Counted from the first letter of the stretch, positions 1 through 14,170 are shown. The stretch: DNA of 37,617 nucleotides from Octopus bimaculoides (GCF_001194135.2 NC_068989.1:59082349-59119965), one strand, 5' to 3'. Translations and numbers: made by a program. Notes: generated by a model not told the origin, from the letters alone.

Positions 1-52
1 AAAAAATCGCCAACGATATACACGAGGTTACATATATATACATACACACACA

Positions 53-97
<45 letters not shown>

Positions 98-258
98 GCG
101 CAGGCGTAGCTGTATGTTAAGAAGCTTGCTTCCCAATCACTTGCTTTCGGGTTCAGTCCCACTGTATAGCACTATGTGCAAGTGTCCTCTACGATAGCCT
201 CGGGTGACCAAAGCCTTGTGAGTGTGCTTGGTAGACGGAAACTGAAAGAAGCCTGTCG
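98..258 (+). mobile_element. SINE family A, 5' tRNA-like head (left part of a split copy)
   Basis: GCAGGCGTAGCTGTATGTTAAG..GGGTTCAGTCCCA (A/B-box-like)..GACGGAAACTGAAAGAAGCCTGTCG; same head at 6350-6518(-), 6620-6749(-), 9540-9700(-), 17050(+). Confidence 0.8.
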
Positions 259-284
259 TATATATATATATATATATATACATA

Positions 285-1106
285 CAAGGTTCGATAGGTA
301 AATTGTCGCCATTTTATAGGTTTAATTTCGCGCATGCACATTGTTTGTTTTTGATTTTTGTCGACTACACAGTATAGTAGGGTCAGTTGAGAAAAACAGC
401 ACCATAACTGACGCAATTCACTCTGCCAGAAATTTGGAAACAACATGCTGTACTGCTTAGCATTCGCACCGGAAGCCCCATTACGAAGCGGCGGAAGCTC
501 CAATACGAACATGTACCGAGAGCGATGAAAACCAAACATCCAGTCAATATCATGGTGTTTGGAGTGATCACTAGTGATAGCGACGTTATGCCTCCATTCA
601 TCTTCCCACACGGCCTCAAACTCAACACGGTGGACTACATCAAGTGCCTGGAAGAGGTAATGCTGCTTTGGATCAAAAGAGTGGCTGCTGGAAGACTCTA
701 TGTCTGGCAACAAGACTCTCCATCATGCCACACAAACAGGTGAACCCAGTCATGGCTGACAGACAATTTCTGCGACCACATCACTCCTAACATCTGGCCA
801 GCTAACTCCACAGACTGCACTCCACCCCTGGTTATTATGTGTGGGGCGCAGTTGAGCGAGAGACCAGCAAAACTCCTTGCAACACCAAAGATGAACTGAA
901 GGCAAGGATTATGGCAGCATTCACGAACTTAAACAAGGAGACCGTCCAGAAGAGTTGCAAGAGATTCCGAAGTCCTATGGAGGCCGTGATTAGTATTTCA
1001 AGATATTTTTTTTAATGTAATTTCGGTAAATATAATCTATTACATTGAGATTTCAGTGTTATTTTCATCTTTGCGTAATTTGGACGACAGTTTTTTCACC
1101 GCACCC

Positions 1107-1108
<2 letters not shown>
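285..1108 (+). mobile_element. Internally deleted Tc1/mariner-superfamily DNA transposon, maT (DD37D)-like
   Basis: 525-990 encodes decayed transposase KHPVNIMVFGVITSD..YVWQQDS..CHT..WP.NS.DC.(fs)PL.YYVWGAVERET..KDELKARI. The reconstructed D-to-D spacing is about 37 and the third Asp codon is damaged. Degenerate TIRs: CAAGGTTCGATAGGTAAATTGTCG (285) versus the reverse complement of the right end, TAGGGTGCGGTGAAAAAACTGTCG (about 20/30). TA on both sides. Confidence 0.8.
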
Positions 1109-1168
<60 letters not shown>

Positions 1169-1210
1169 TATATATATATACATATATATATATATATTTA
1201 ATGTGTTTAT

Positions 1211-1428
1211 GTGTTTGTATCTTTGTGTCTGTGTTTGTCTCCCAACAATAGCATGATAACCAATGTTGGTGTTTTTGCGTTCTTGTAACTTAGTGGTTCA
1301 GCAAAAGAACTGATAGAATAAGTAAGTACTAGACTTACAAAGAATGAATCCTGGGGTCGATTTCTTCGGCTAAAAGGCCCTTTAAGGCAGTGCTCCACAT
1401 GGCCGCAGTCAAATGACTGAAGCAAGTA
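1211..1428 (+). mobile_element. SINE family A, 3' body/tail (right part of the copy starting at 98)
   Basis: GTGTTTGTCTCCC..CTTAGTGGTTCAGCAAAAG..CCTGGGGTCGATTTCTTCG..GGCAGTGCTCCACATGGCCGCAGTCAAATGACTGAAGCAAGTA; reverse complement of 6011-6200. Confidence 0.8.
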
Positions 1429-1585
1429 TCAGCGTAACAGAATATATATGTGTGTGTGTATGTTTCTCCATGTGTATGTGTTTTATGTATATGTATCTAT
1501 ATAAATACATAACTACATACACACATACAAACGCCCCCACACAAACAAATACACAGATACAGACGGACACACACGTATACGTGTG

Positions 1586-1818
1586 GGGGCGGCGAGCTGG
1601 CAGAAACGTTAGCACGCCGGGCGAAATGCTTAGCGGTATTTCGTCTGCCGCTACGTTCTGAGTTCAAATTCCGCCGAGGTCGACTTTGCCTTTCATCCTT
1701 TCGGGGTCGATTAAATAAGTACCAGTTACGCACTGGGGTCGGTATAATCGACTTAATCCGTTTGTCTGTCCTTGTTTGTCCCCTCTGTGTGTAGCCCCTT
1801 GTGGGTAGTAAAGAAATA
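1586..1818 (+). mobile_element. SINE family B with 15-bp TSD
   Basis: GGCGGCGAGCTGGCAGAAACGTTAG..GAGTTCAAATTCC (B-box-like)..GGGGTCGATTAAATAAGTACCAG. Flanked by ACACGTATACGTGTG (1571-1585) and ACACGTATACATGTG (1819-1833). Confidence 0.85.
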
Positions 1819-1849
1819 ACACGTATACATGTGTGTATGTGCGCGTGCC

Positions 1850-1883
<34 letters not shown>

Positions 1884-4108
1884 CGCGCGCAAAAGAAGTT
1901 TCAAAATTTATAGCCAGTTTTAACAATACACATACATTAAATTAAATCGATAATAACAGTTTATTTGCTCATGGTGGGGCACTTTTAATTTTGAATATAT
2001 TTACTTTTTTGAAATCGATTGAAGTAGGGCGTATTGCGAAAGATTTTGAGAAACGCTGTTATAGGTGATCAATAATAAAAATCCAGTTGTAATTATACCA
2101 GTTGATGTGGTTCCTAAACACCAGAGTGCGACATCGATAAATTTCAGATTTAACTGTTAAGTGTTTGTTCATTTAGAGCTTCTTGTAAATGGAAAAGAAG
2201 TAGAAATTAATGTAGATGAGTATAGAGATTGTGTGCAGTTATGCCAACGAGTGGGACATAGCAGGAAGATAGTGGAGCGAGATATTACAAACACAGAAAA
2301 AAGAAGTGAAAGAGAAAATCAAATAAAATATCGAAAGATAATAGACAACGAAACAGATTACGAGGAGAGAGAGAGGGACAGAAAGAGAGGGAGAGAAGGA
2401 GAGAAGAAGAGAAAAGGAGAAGAGGAGGAGAGAGAGGGTGAGAGTGAGTGTTTGTGTGTGTGTGTGAGAGAGAGAGAAAGAGAAAGAGAAAGAGAGGAAA
2501 GCGAGTGTAAATTTGAAAAGATTAGATTCATTGAGAGGGAAAACAGTGAGTGACATAACAAAACAGAGATGTGGGCAAGGGCAATAGAACGTGAGAAAGA
2601 GGAGGGGAGAGAAACTTATCAGTAAAGCAATAGTGAATGACGGCCAGAAACATAAGTCTACAGCAACATAACAAAAGAAGTGAAGGGTGCCTTGTGATTT
2701 ACTGAATGAGCGGGTCACATGCAAAGTATATCTGAGGAAAGGAATAATCAACGAGAGAGGGTGAATCTTCACACTTTCTCAGTGGATTACAACGGATGTA
2801 TTTTCGATTAAAACCCCCAAATGAGGGTGAAATTCAAAAAGATTACTTGGTGAAATTGAACGGAAAACAGGGTCGCGTGTCAAAGTACTGTTGATTGTTT
2901 TGTTAATATTCAGTTTAAAAGCGCATGAGAAGGAGAGAGGGAATAATTAAGATATATATTTGCGATGATTACCGGCATTAGTATAAAGTTAGACTGAGCA
3001 GACGACAGCCCAAAGCGAAGCGAAATTATGAAGTGTAGTTTGAAACTGAAGATTATAAATTTTGAGTGGAAGGTTAAATGTTTGATGAATTACATTGGAG
3101 TTATTAGAGACTAAAAGACATTATCAAGTGATTTATGTTGCCACAGAAAAGAAGTAAATGAAAAGTCATGAGCTTTTCGTGTTTTCTTGACAAGCACGAG
3201 ATTTACGAAAGCATTATTTTTCGAGAGCTCCTGAAGTTGTTTTACAAGTAGATAAGTGAAATAACACAAGAACAGAGCCATTCACAAACTCTAGTTACCG
3301 TCACAAAATTAATATTTCCTTTTTCACAAGTTGCAATGTGCTCACTATTTATTCAAAAGCAATAGACAGTTTTGGCAGAACGTATAATAAAATAAAGAGA
3401 AACAATTGCAATAACTGGGGCCAAATGGAGTTAAGGAGTTAATGTGAAAATGGGTTATTGGAACGCGGGTCACGTGAAAAGACACCATAGAGTTCGCGTA
3501 AAAAGATAACCCATGGAAAGTAGCTGGTGGCAGACCAGACATCAGTTATTAAATAAGTTATTATATGAGCGAAGTATTGAGGAGGAAGTCAAGAGAACAA
3601 GAGAACTACTAATGAATGGAAAGGGATGATGGCATAAACTGAATAATTTCTTAGCCAGAAAAATCTCTGGGATTACCACTGGACAGAAATAAAAACACTA
3701 GCACTTGCTTCTTATTGACCTTAAAAATATGCGAATATTCAGTTTTTGGCCGAAGCAACTTATATCGATAAATAGAGCAACACTTACCATCTTACATCGA
3801 ACAGTTAGTTGCTTCTCAGAGGTTGCTTCGGCCGAAAACTTCTTAAAGAGTTGATAGAAAGATATATCATTTCATCGTGACTTACGTGAAATATTACCAC
3901 AGGGTTCGTTGATTGAAAAGTGTTAACAAAAGATGACATGACTTCATCTGACAGCCATTGGCATTACTGCACATACTGGCAACCAATGATTGAAGATTGT
4001 TGGTTGTTCTACTTACACAAGATCTTTTATAAATTGTGACTATATCCTTGGTGACATGATATACATATGTACAGTTAAAGCTACTACTCAATTTCCTTTA
4101 CTGTACTA

Positions 4109-5410
<1,302 letters not shown>

Positions 5411-5617
5411 CAAGACGGCGAGCAGGCAGAATCGTTATCACGCCGGAAAAAATGTTTGGCGGCATTTCGTCTGTCTTTACGTTCTGAGTTCAAATTCCAC
5501 CGAGGTCGATTTTGACTTTTAACCTCTCAGGGTTGATAAAAATAAGTACCAGATAAGCACTGGGTGGGTCGATGTAATCGACTTATTCCCGCCGCTAGCC
5601 TTGTGCCAAATTTTGAA
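5411..5617 (+). mobile_element. SINE B with 21-bp TSD
   Basis: Same head/body as 1586. ATCAATAATGAGGGGAAATAT (5390-5410) versus ATCAATAATGAGGTAAAATAT (5618-5638), 19/21. Confidence 0.85.
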
Positions 5618-6009
5618 ATCAATAATGAGGTAAAATATTATGTGTGTGGTGTGTGTGTTCATACCTTTCTGAAGGATGGATATATTAGAGAATGTAGTCC
5701 CTCATGCAAAAGATGTTTTGACGCATCTTGAGGGCAGTCATCATAATTCTGCTCAATCACGTGTGACCAAACCTTAAACACCAACAGCTATAAAGGTTTG
5801 CAGTCAATGAGACACCTATGTCAGATTAAAAACCCTTCCCATGTCAGATATCAACTCCGTTTCATGAATTTATTAATTTACCTCTTTACGTTTGTTTTGT
5901 TGCTGGGAAGTCACGGGGACGTAAATACACGAATATCATGAGGAGATGATGGGGAACGAACACAGACACAAAGAGATACACAAACACATACATACTCTTT
6001 TTTCTCTCT

Positions 6010-6216
6010 TTTACTTGTTTCAGTCATTTGACTGTGGCCATGCTGGAGCACCGCATTTCGCCGAGCAAATCGACCCCAGGACTTATTCTTTGTAAGCCTA
6101 GTACTTATTCTGTCGGTCTCTTTTGCAGAACCGCTAAGTTACGAGGACGTAAGCACACCAGCATTGGTTGTTGGAAGGGGACAAACATAGACACACAAAC
6201 ACATACCCACACATAC

Positions 6217-6261
<45 letters not shown>

Positions 6262-6518
6262 NNNNNNNNNNNNNNNNNNNNNNNNNNNNNNNNNNNNNNN
6301 NNNNNNNNNNNNNNNNNNNNNNNNNNNNNNNNNNNNNNNNNNNNNTATATACACATATGTACGACGGGTTTCTTTCAGTTTCCGTCTACCAAATCTATAC
6401 ACAAGGCTTTGGTCGGCCCGAGGCTATAATAGAAGACACTTGCCTAAGGTGCCACACAGTGGGACTGAACCCGGAACCACGTGGTTGGTAAGCAAGCTAC
6501 TTACCACACAGCCTCTCC
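6010..6518 (-). mobile_element. Full SINE A with internal microsatellite (contains gap)
   Basis: Tail at 6010-6200, (CATA)/(TA)n plus N-gap at 6200-6355, head at 6360-6518, all collinear on the minus strand. Confidence 0.85.
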
Positions 6519-6619
6519 TCCGTTTTTATATATATATATATATATATATAACACGTATATATATATATATGTATGTATGTGTGTATGTGTGTGTGTGCAT
6601 GTTTGTGTGTGTGTGTAAC

Positions 6620-6749
6620 ATATCCAGTCACAAGGCTTTGGTCGGATCGAGGCTATAGTAAAGGACACTTGCCCAAGGTGTCACGCAGTGGGACTGAACC
6701 CGGAACCATGGGGTTAGGAAGCTAGCTTCTTACCACACAGCCACGCCTG
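6620..6749 (-). mobile_element. SINE A head fragment
   Basis: CACAAGGCTTTGGTCGG..GTGGGACTGAACCCGGAACCATG..TTACCACACAGCCACGCCTG. Confidence 0.8.
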
Positions 6750-8301
6750 TATGTATGGATGTATGGATGGATGGATAGATGGATGGATGGATGGATGTAT
6801 GTATGCATGATTCCACGGAACAATTAAAGATTGAGTCCCCTCTGCAACTGCATATGTAGTTCTGATTAGCACTGCCTGTAATGGCGTTGCGCTGTTTCCA
6901 ATCAACAAAAAGGAAATCTTGGGTTGTGATGGGAGAATTTCACAAATAATTGTCTGCAAATCGCTCGTGCAATTATTTGGATTTTGCATTGAAAGAAAAC
7001 TGCGCATCTCAGCAGGATATTTCACAGTGCTTTGGGGTTCGACACAGTTTCTCTCCGAGAGCACACAAACGACTTGCTACTTGCTACATTGGCCACACAA
7101 TAGAAACTTTCTGTAGAATTTATTCAATCGTTTTGTTGCTTAGACGTTAGACGCGTGTTTGGGGCTTGTCGGGATGAATATCTGCAGGGATGGCCCTGTA
7201 ATATATTTTGCGGGCATGTTGAGATATCGTTGTATTTCTCCTCATTCTAAACTAGACGAATTTGATAGATTTTGAGCCAACATAGTAAAAATTAAAAAAG
7301 AGCAAGGAAACGGGGAAGCGGGAAAAAGGATATTAATTAATGAAGGGACAAAGAGAGATAGATAGATAGATAGATAGAGAGAGACGTGAGATAGAGAACT
7401 AAAGAGAATTAAAGTGAGGGAGAGAAAATTAAAGAGAGAAGGAGAATGAGGAAGTTTGAACGGAAAACGGATTGACATATAAACAATTAAAATATAACCC
7501 CTCTCTCTACAATTACTTTCTTCTTCGTCATTCCACAAACTTTCGATTTTACAGCAAATCTTTCTCCTCATTTCTAGACTCGTCTACTTTTTACTTTTCT
7601 ATCTTGGTTATTCATTTATTTACTCTCTTCGTTACAGTTGCCGCGCACCTCAGTGATAGTTATTTTTGAACAATATTTTAACCTAAATCACTTATTAAGA
7701 TTTTAATTCTACACTGTCTCTTATGAATGTCTGTTTCTTATCAAACGTTTCTCAATCTTTTACTTCCTCTCAATAATCTCTTTCTTGCGTAAGCTTACTC
7801 AAGTACGAGCTTATTTCATTTTCCCTATAAACCACATTAGTCACTTTGTTATCACTTCCATCTCTTTCCTCTAATATCGCACCGTCATTTCACCCACCTT
7901 TTGTCGAATGACTTTTCTTTACGCTGTCTGTCACCGTGTCATGTTTTTCTTTCCTTCCCTCTCTTTGTATAACACCAAATCATTTATAACAGCAAAGGTG
8001 TCAATATCTTACAATTGTTATGCATTGTGCAAGTTGGTGAGTGGTAAAAGAGCGGAAATGATTGTTCAGCGGGAGGCAACTGTAAACCTATTTCGTCAGC
8101 CAATAGGATGTAGACGGCAATCAAAAATAGGGCGTCTCATACAGCTTGAAGGGAGCAAAGTATCATAGAGCTGGCAGGTGTGTCCCATGCTGAGAAATAT
8201 CGACCGTGGATTATAAAAGAAGACCCCCAAGAAACACGATAGTAAAATACAGTTGCATAGTACAGCGGAAGTGATTTGTGGAAATATGCAGAAGTTACAC
8301 T

Positions 8302-8448
8302 GGCATGGTTGTGTGGTTAAGTAGTTCGCTTTCCAACCACATGGCACTGGTTTCCATCCCATTCTACAGCACCTTGAGCGAGTATCTGCAACCATAACTT
8401 CTGGTTTAGTGACAAGTTGATAGATGAAGACTGTACGGAAGCTCGACG
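8302..8448 (+). mobile_element. Diverged SINE A head followed by microsatellites
   Basis: GGCATGGTTGTGTGGTTAAG..CCAACCACATGG..GCACCTTGAGCGAGT..GGAAGCTCGACGTATATG. Confidence 0.6.
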
Positions 8449-8524
8449 TATATGTGTTTACATACGCACTCACATTCAAACAAACACACATATAAACACG
8501 TACATATATAGCCAGGAACATATA

Positions 8525-8578
<54 letters not shown>

Positions 8579-8893
8579 TTCATACTCACATCACACACAC
8601 ATGCACATATATGTGTGAATATATATATATATTCACACTCATACACGTCACACACAGATGCACATATATGTGTGTATATATATATACATATATTCATAGA
8701 CGTACATGTCGGTGAGAAAACCGATAAACCGATAAACCGATGCATTCACACAGGCACGCCCCTGTCGCTCTTGTAATTGCAGACCTATAATAAACAGATC
8801 TACTGTTTATAAGATCAAAGATTATTATTAAAAATAAATGGAAATTGACACATGCTTTAACACCAGCACACAAATATACGCACTAATAGTAAT

Positions 8894-9094
8894 TTTAAAT
8901 TTTGGCACATGGCTAGCAATTTCGAGGGAGGACGTAAGTCAATTATATCGACTCCCGTGCTCTACTGGTATTTAATTTTATCGACCTCGAAAGGATGAAG
9001 GGCAAAGTTGATTTCGGCAGAATTTGAACTCAAAATGTGAAGGTTGGCAAAATGCCGCTGTGCATTCTTCTCGGCGTGCTAACAATTCTGCCAC
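8894..9094 (-). mobile_element. SINE B
   Basis: Reverse complement of family B: TTTTGGCACA..TTTATCGACCTCGAAAGGATGAAGGGCAAAG..ATTTGAACTC..GGCGTGCTAACAATTCTGCCA. Confidence 0.75.
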
Positions 9095-9367
9095 ACTAAT
9101 ATAAGGACACACTAATATAAACACACTGTCTGACGTACTAATATAAAGAAAGAGTACACACTCACACATACATATTTAAATGTACTTAGATATACATAAA
9201 ATAATTTATCCCCGAAAGTAAAATTTAAGAGTAGAAGCACATTGAGAATGATTGAGAATAATGTTAATATGTTGGGAGACATGATTCAATATTACTTAGA
9301 CGTTGATAAGATATAATGTTCTGTTCACTTGCTTAATAGTATCATTTATTTGGTTCAATTATTAAAC

Positions 9368-9700
9368 CGTGGCCATACTGGGGCACCGTCTTGAAGAATT
9401 TTTAGTCGAATGAATTGACGTCAGTCCTTTTTTTAAAGCCTAATACTTATCATATCGAATCCTTTTGCCAAACCGCTAAGTTATGGGGATTTAAGCACAC
9501 CAGCACCGGTTGTCAAGCAGTAGTGAGAGACAAACACAAATACGACGGGCTTCTTTTCAGTTTCTGTCTCCCAAATCCGCTCACAAGGCTTTGGTCGGCC
9601 CAAGGCTATAGTAGAAAATACTCTCCGAAGGTGCCACGCAGTGAGACTGAATCCGGAACCATGTGGTTGGTAAGCAAGCTTATTACCACACAACCACGCT
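9368..9700 (-). mobile_element. SINE A lacking the internal microsatellite
   Basis: Tail joins head directly at GACAAACACAAA|TACGACGGGCTTCTTTTCAG. Confidence 0.8.
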
Positions 9701-9704
9701 TATA

Positions 9705-10020
9705 TCTTCTTTTATCTTTATCTTTTACTTGTTTCAGTCATTAGACAGCGGCAATGCTGGGGCATCGCCTTGCATTTTTAGTCGAATGAACTATTCCTTT
9801 TTCAAGCTTGGTACCTATTTTATCTGTCGAACCGCTAAGTTACGTGGACGCAAACACACCAATGCCATTTGTCAAGCGATGGTGATGGTCTACCAAATCC
9901 ACTCACATGACTTTAGTCGGCCCTAGGTTATAACAGAAAACTTTCCGAGGGTGCCACGCCGTGGGACTGAACCCGGAACCATGCGGTTAGAAAGCAAGAC
10001 TCTTACCACTCAGCCACGCC
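9705..10020 (-). mobile_element. SINE A with internal deletion, in tandem with the previous copy
   Basis: TTTTACTTGTTTCAGTCATTAGAC..GATGGTGATGGTC|TACCAAATCCACTCAC..CTTACCACTCAGCCACGCC. Confidence 0.8.
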
Positions 10021-10519
10021 AATATATAAATAAATATTTTAGTTATTCACAAACACAAAAGTACCGTTAACTCCACTTAAACATTTGTGTCAAAATTTTC
10101 ATTGCACCAGCTGCGACCTGGTCACTAGCGCAATTCTTTTGCATCTCTATAGATTTTTCTCATTAAGCTGACTCTGAAAGCGATGACTTTTGACTAAATT
10201 TTTTAGTTTCTGTTATATAAATCAAATTTATCATCACATGAACCAATGTCTGAACCCTTTATCTTTTGGTGTTTATCTTTTGCTTGTTTTGGTCATTGGA
10301 CTGCGACCTTGCAGGAGTACCGCGTTGAAGAGCTTAGCTGAACAAATAAATATATATATGTCGCAAAACTCGGCACGATCTCATCAATCTGCTGTTGCAG
10401 GTTGGAATAAATAGGCAGCAGCCGACATAGTAAAATAGGAGCTTTTATATGCGTTCTCAGAAATGTTTCTCTTAAACGAACATAACGGGTATATATACAC
10501 ATACGTACATACATACATG

Positions 10520-10563
<44 letters not shown>

Positions 10564-10646
10564 TACACTAGAACCTCGGTTTTCGAACAACTCTGATCAC
10601 GAATAAATCGTACTTTATCTCCTGTCTTTCTCATATTCATTTAATA

Positions 10647-10955
10647 CAGTAGTACCTCGGTTTACGAACATTTCTGATCACGAATAAGTCGTGTTTTATA
10701 TCTATCTATCTAGCGCATTAATTGTCCACGTTAGTGGTCGACGTTATTTTTTAAAATGTACCTTAATCCCCTGAGGTTGCATATAATATTTCTGAATCTC
10801 TTTGATTCTTTAAATGTGCTGGCCCCCTGATAATTGATCGATATTAATTAATATATTAATATATGACTAATTACCAGATCTTATAATATCTATTATATAT
10901 ATATAAAGCACGATTTATTCGCAATCAGAATTGTTCCAAAACCGAGGTACTACTG
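10647..10955. mobile_element. MITE (309 bp) with 46-bp TIRs, pogo/Tigger-like termini
   Basis: TA|CAGTAGTACCTCGGTTTACGAACA..GTCGT (10647-10692) versus the reverse complement of 10910-10955, 40/46 identical; TA on both sides; AT-rich non-coding interior. Confidence 0.85.
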
Positions 10956-11439
10956 TATATATATACATATATATATATCAATCAGAATTTCACTGAGTCT
11001 CTCTCTCTCTAATACAAAAACATACAAAAATCAGAAAAATACAATATTAAAAGAAATGGAAAAGAAAATACGCACGCGTAAAGATGAAAATGCTGTTGTC
11101 ATAATAACTTGAGAGATTATAAATGTTTAACATCAAGACTTCAGAATGTAACAGAAAATACAGGCCAACTTCAACCGATGTTCCATTCCTATGAGATTGC
11201 CTCATTTTTTACGTTTGTTCATTAAAGTTTCACACCTGAAAAATACGCTTGGAAACAAAGGAGTTACAATGGAAAAATAATAGCTTAAACTAAGTTTTGA
11301 TCACGCCATCGAAAAATCATTATTATAATCATAATTTATAAAATAATTTTTGCGATCATTTTTCGTAAGACTTAGACGCACCCAAGATATTTTTCCTTCC
11401 TGATTCTCTTTGAGCTGCATTCCTTCATGAATATTATCG

Positions 11440-11900
11440 TTTTTTCTTTTTTTTTTTCATGTCAGATTTAAAGCAGTCTTTGTATCTATGGTTTGTGGCA
11501 AGATCTTTTCACAGAATATAGGTTCTCCCTCATGTTGTCACATGGCAATTATTTCATAAGAACTATATGATCTGCCCACCTTAATCTCCTACATTGCAAG
11601 AAAGCTTATAATACTCAATTAACTCCAAAACCTCATCACCATTCACAAAGTGTCTCCACGCCTAAGCTTGGTATCTATACAACATATCAGACAACATTTT
11701 TTAAGAATGAATATCTTAGTGTTATATCTATATAACGTTGAGTCTTTAGCGAGGTATGCACTTTTCAAAAAGATAGCCATGACTTGAAAGTTGTTTGCAA
11801 TTTCTTTATCCCTGTTCAACATACAACAAAACTATACAAAGTGGTATTTATATGTTCAAATTACCATATATCGTTATTTCAGGATCAACATGAGGCTTTT
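11440..11900 (-). mobile_element. Highly decayed RTE-like LINE fragment (RT C-terminal region)
   Basis: Minus-strand pieces W..FVN.DEVL, QCRRLRWADHIV.M..LP, KRS..KP..RYKDC resemble the RTE 'RLRWAGH..RM..LP..GKR..GRP..RYKD' region, across frameshifts. Confidence 0.5.
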
Positions 11901-13380
11901 CAGAACAAAACCAATAGTTTTTAGCAAGGGTCCTTGTAAGACTTAATACGTTACGCATCAATGAAATTTAATCCATTAAAGTTTGAAGGTATTTTCTGCG
12001 TTAGTAACATAGTTGTTTGCCTACATGAGACTACTAATTCTTGACTTATAAAATTGGTACTTTAATATCAAGACGTTTTAAGTTTGAAGTAGCATACATA
12101 AATATTCTCAGACCAGTTTGAAAGCGATCGGAAAACACTACTGTCTGTTTTATAGCAAACAAAAGTAATTATTTCATCTTGTTTGACCCCGCTACGGACT
12201 GAAGTTTTCTGCTAATTACAACACGAGATCTCGTATCATTTAAGGATATGATATGTTTAAATTTACCAGCACAACTAATTTTATTGAGAGTTGCCCATAA
12301 TGCATTGCGATTCACTGAATCAAAGTGTTACTGTGATTTATGTAGCTGTATCAAGGAAAACCTGGGCTTAACAACTAAAAGAGATTCTACATGAACAAGT
12401 CGTCTGCTAGAAATAACGTTCAAAACTCAATTAATTGCATCCTGTCGCGTTCAAAGAATATAAACACGTTAGAGAAAGTTGCACTTGATGAAGCAAAAGA
12501 AGGATAGTACTGCCCGGGAGGCTTGTATTATAGTTCTGCTGAGTCGAGATTGTTTTGGGTCCAACTAACAATCCAAATATAAACGTTTGAAGCCAATCCT
12601 CCGCACCAGATATTTACAATCCTTCGATTATTTACCCCTCAACTTTGTGCATGTATATCCTCATTAAACAATTTTCTCCAATGCCAAAAATATGTTTTGG
12701 ATAATCCCTGTAAATAAATTCCTTCTCTAACATGCGCTATCTTAAAGATGGCGCATTTTGCGCTACTATACACATATATACATGTGCATGTATATGCATA
12801 CATACATACATACATACATTCACACACACACACGCACACGTACACACATACACATACTCACACACATACATACATATACGCATGTATAGTTATCTTATTG
12901 AAAATGAAGCTGAAAGTTTACTTCGCGACTTTAAAAACAACAGCTTCTACAATATTTATTGAGCACTACTTTCTCATTTACTCGACATTAATCAACATAC
13001 GCATATATACATGTATGTGTGTGTTTGTGTTTGTGTGTGTGTGTGCGAGCGCGTTCTTGTAAGCGCCGGAGAAAATAAAAAAGAAACTGAAGAGCATAGG
13101 TTGACGTGACAAACCAGTACCTTTTTTCATACACACAATTAACATTTTTACTCTACTGCTTCAGAACTACAACGTTCCGTCTTTCTAGATTGTTGCCTTC
13201 GGTCGCCCTTATTTTATCCCAACAGTATCCCAGATATGAGTTTTTGTTTATGCATCATTCTGGATTGGATTTGCATTTCTCAGCAAAATTTAGTTAAGGT
13301 ATATTGAGAGATTTATTGAAAGATGATGACGTTTCAAGACGTATATCAAAGTTTACATTATGCATATATGTGTGTATGTT

Positions 13381-13438
<58 letters not shown>

Positions 13439-13793
13439 GGTGCTGCATTCGTAGATACACGTCTTGAACTGAACACAAATATTTGCAAATACTGCGTTTT
13501 GGGTTATTTCTTCACACAGTATAGTGGATTTAGGTCGTTGAGGAGGTCACAGAAATGTCCCACAAATTTTTGACTTCATTAGTCAAAGTAAATGTGACAG
13601 ATTTCGTGATCTTTATTGCCTGAAATCTCACTTTCATAACGTACTTTCCATTCCAACGTCTCTTTTCTTATGTCCTGTAACGTAGCTGAGCGATATGTAC
13701 CTGACTTTAAAATAAACCCTGAGAACACTTCAATGCGGTGTCCAACTAGGGATGCTGGCCAGTCACTGAATCAAGCAAAAGAGTATTTGTATG

Positions 13794-13836
<43 letters not shown>

Positions 13837-14055
13837 CTCTATCTATCTATCTATCTATCTAGTACAAGATGTAAATTCAGAGAATGGTGCGGCCATCGCA
13901 TAAAGCTTCTCTTACAAACTCGATGAACAGGTTTCGAAGCGCTCGTAATCGATCGGAAATCACGCGGTTAAATAAATAATATTCACCTCTCACAGCTTCT
14001 CACTTTATGATTATATATACATACTATCTATCTATCTATCTGTTTGTCTATCTCT

Positions 14056-14102
<47 letters not shown>

Positions 14103-14121
14103 TGTGTATGTGTGTGTGTGT

Positions 14122-14170
<49 letters not shown>

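Noticed and set aside
6714-7116. Overlapping short ORFs in non-repeat-looking DNA
   Set aside because: No recognisable domain or splice context; one runs into a GATG repeat.
8000-8230. CCAAT box and CAGGTG E-box in a GC-richer patch (possible enhancer)
   Set aside because: Single short motifs; cannot be told from chance without conservation data.
13321-13365. Minus-strand GAAACGTC hammerhead-like 3' half
   Set aside because: No CUGANGA-like core or helix II upstream.
13915-13980. TCGATGA...GGAAATCACGCGGTT as a fourth hammerhead (either strand)
   Set aside because: No pairing helix I or II could be built.
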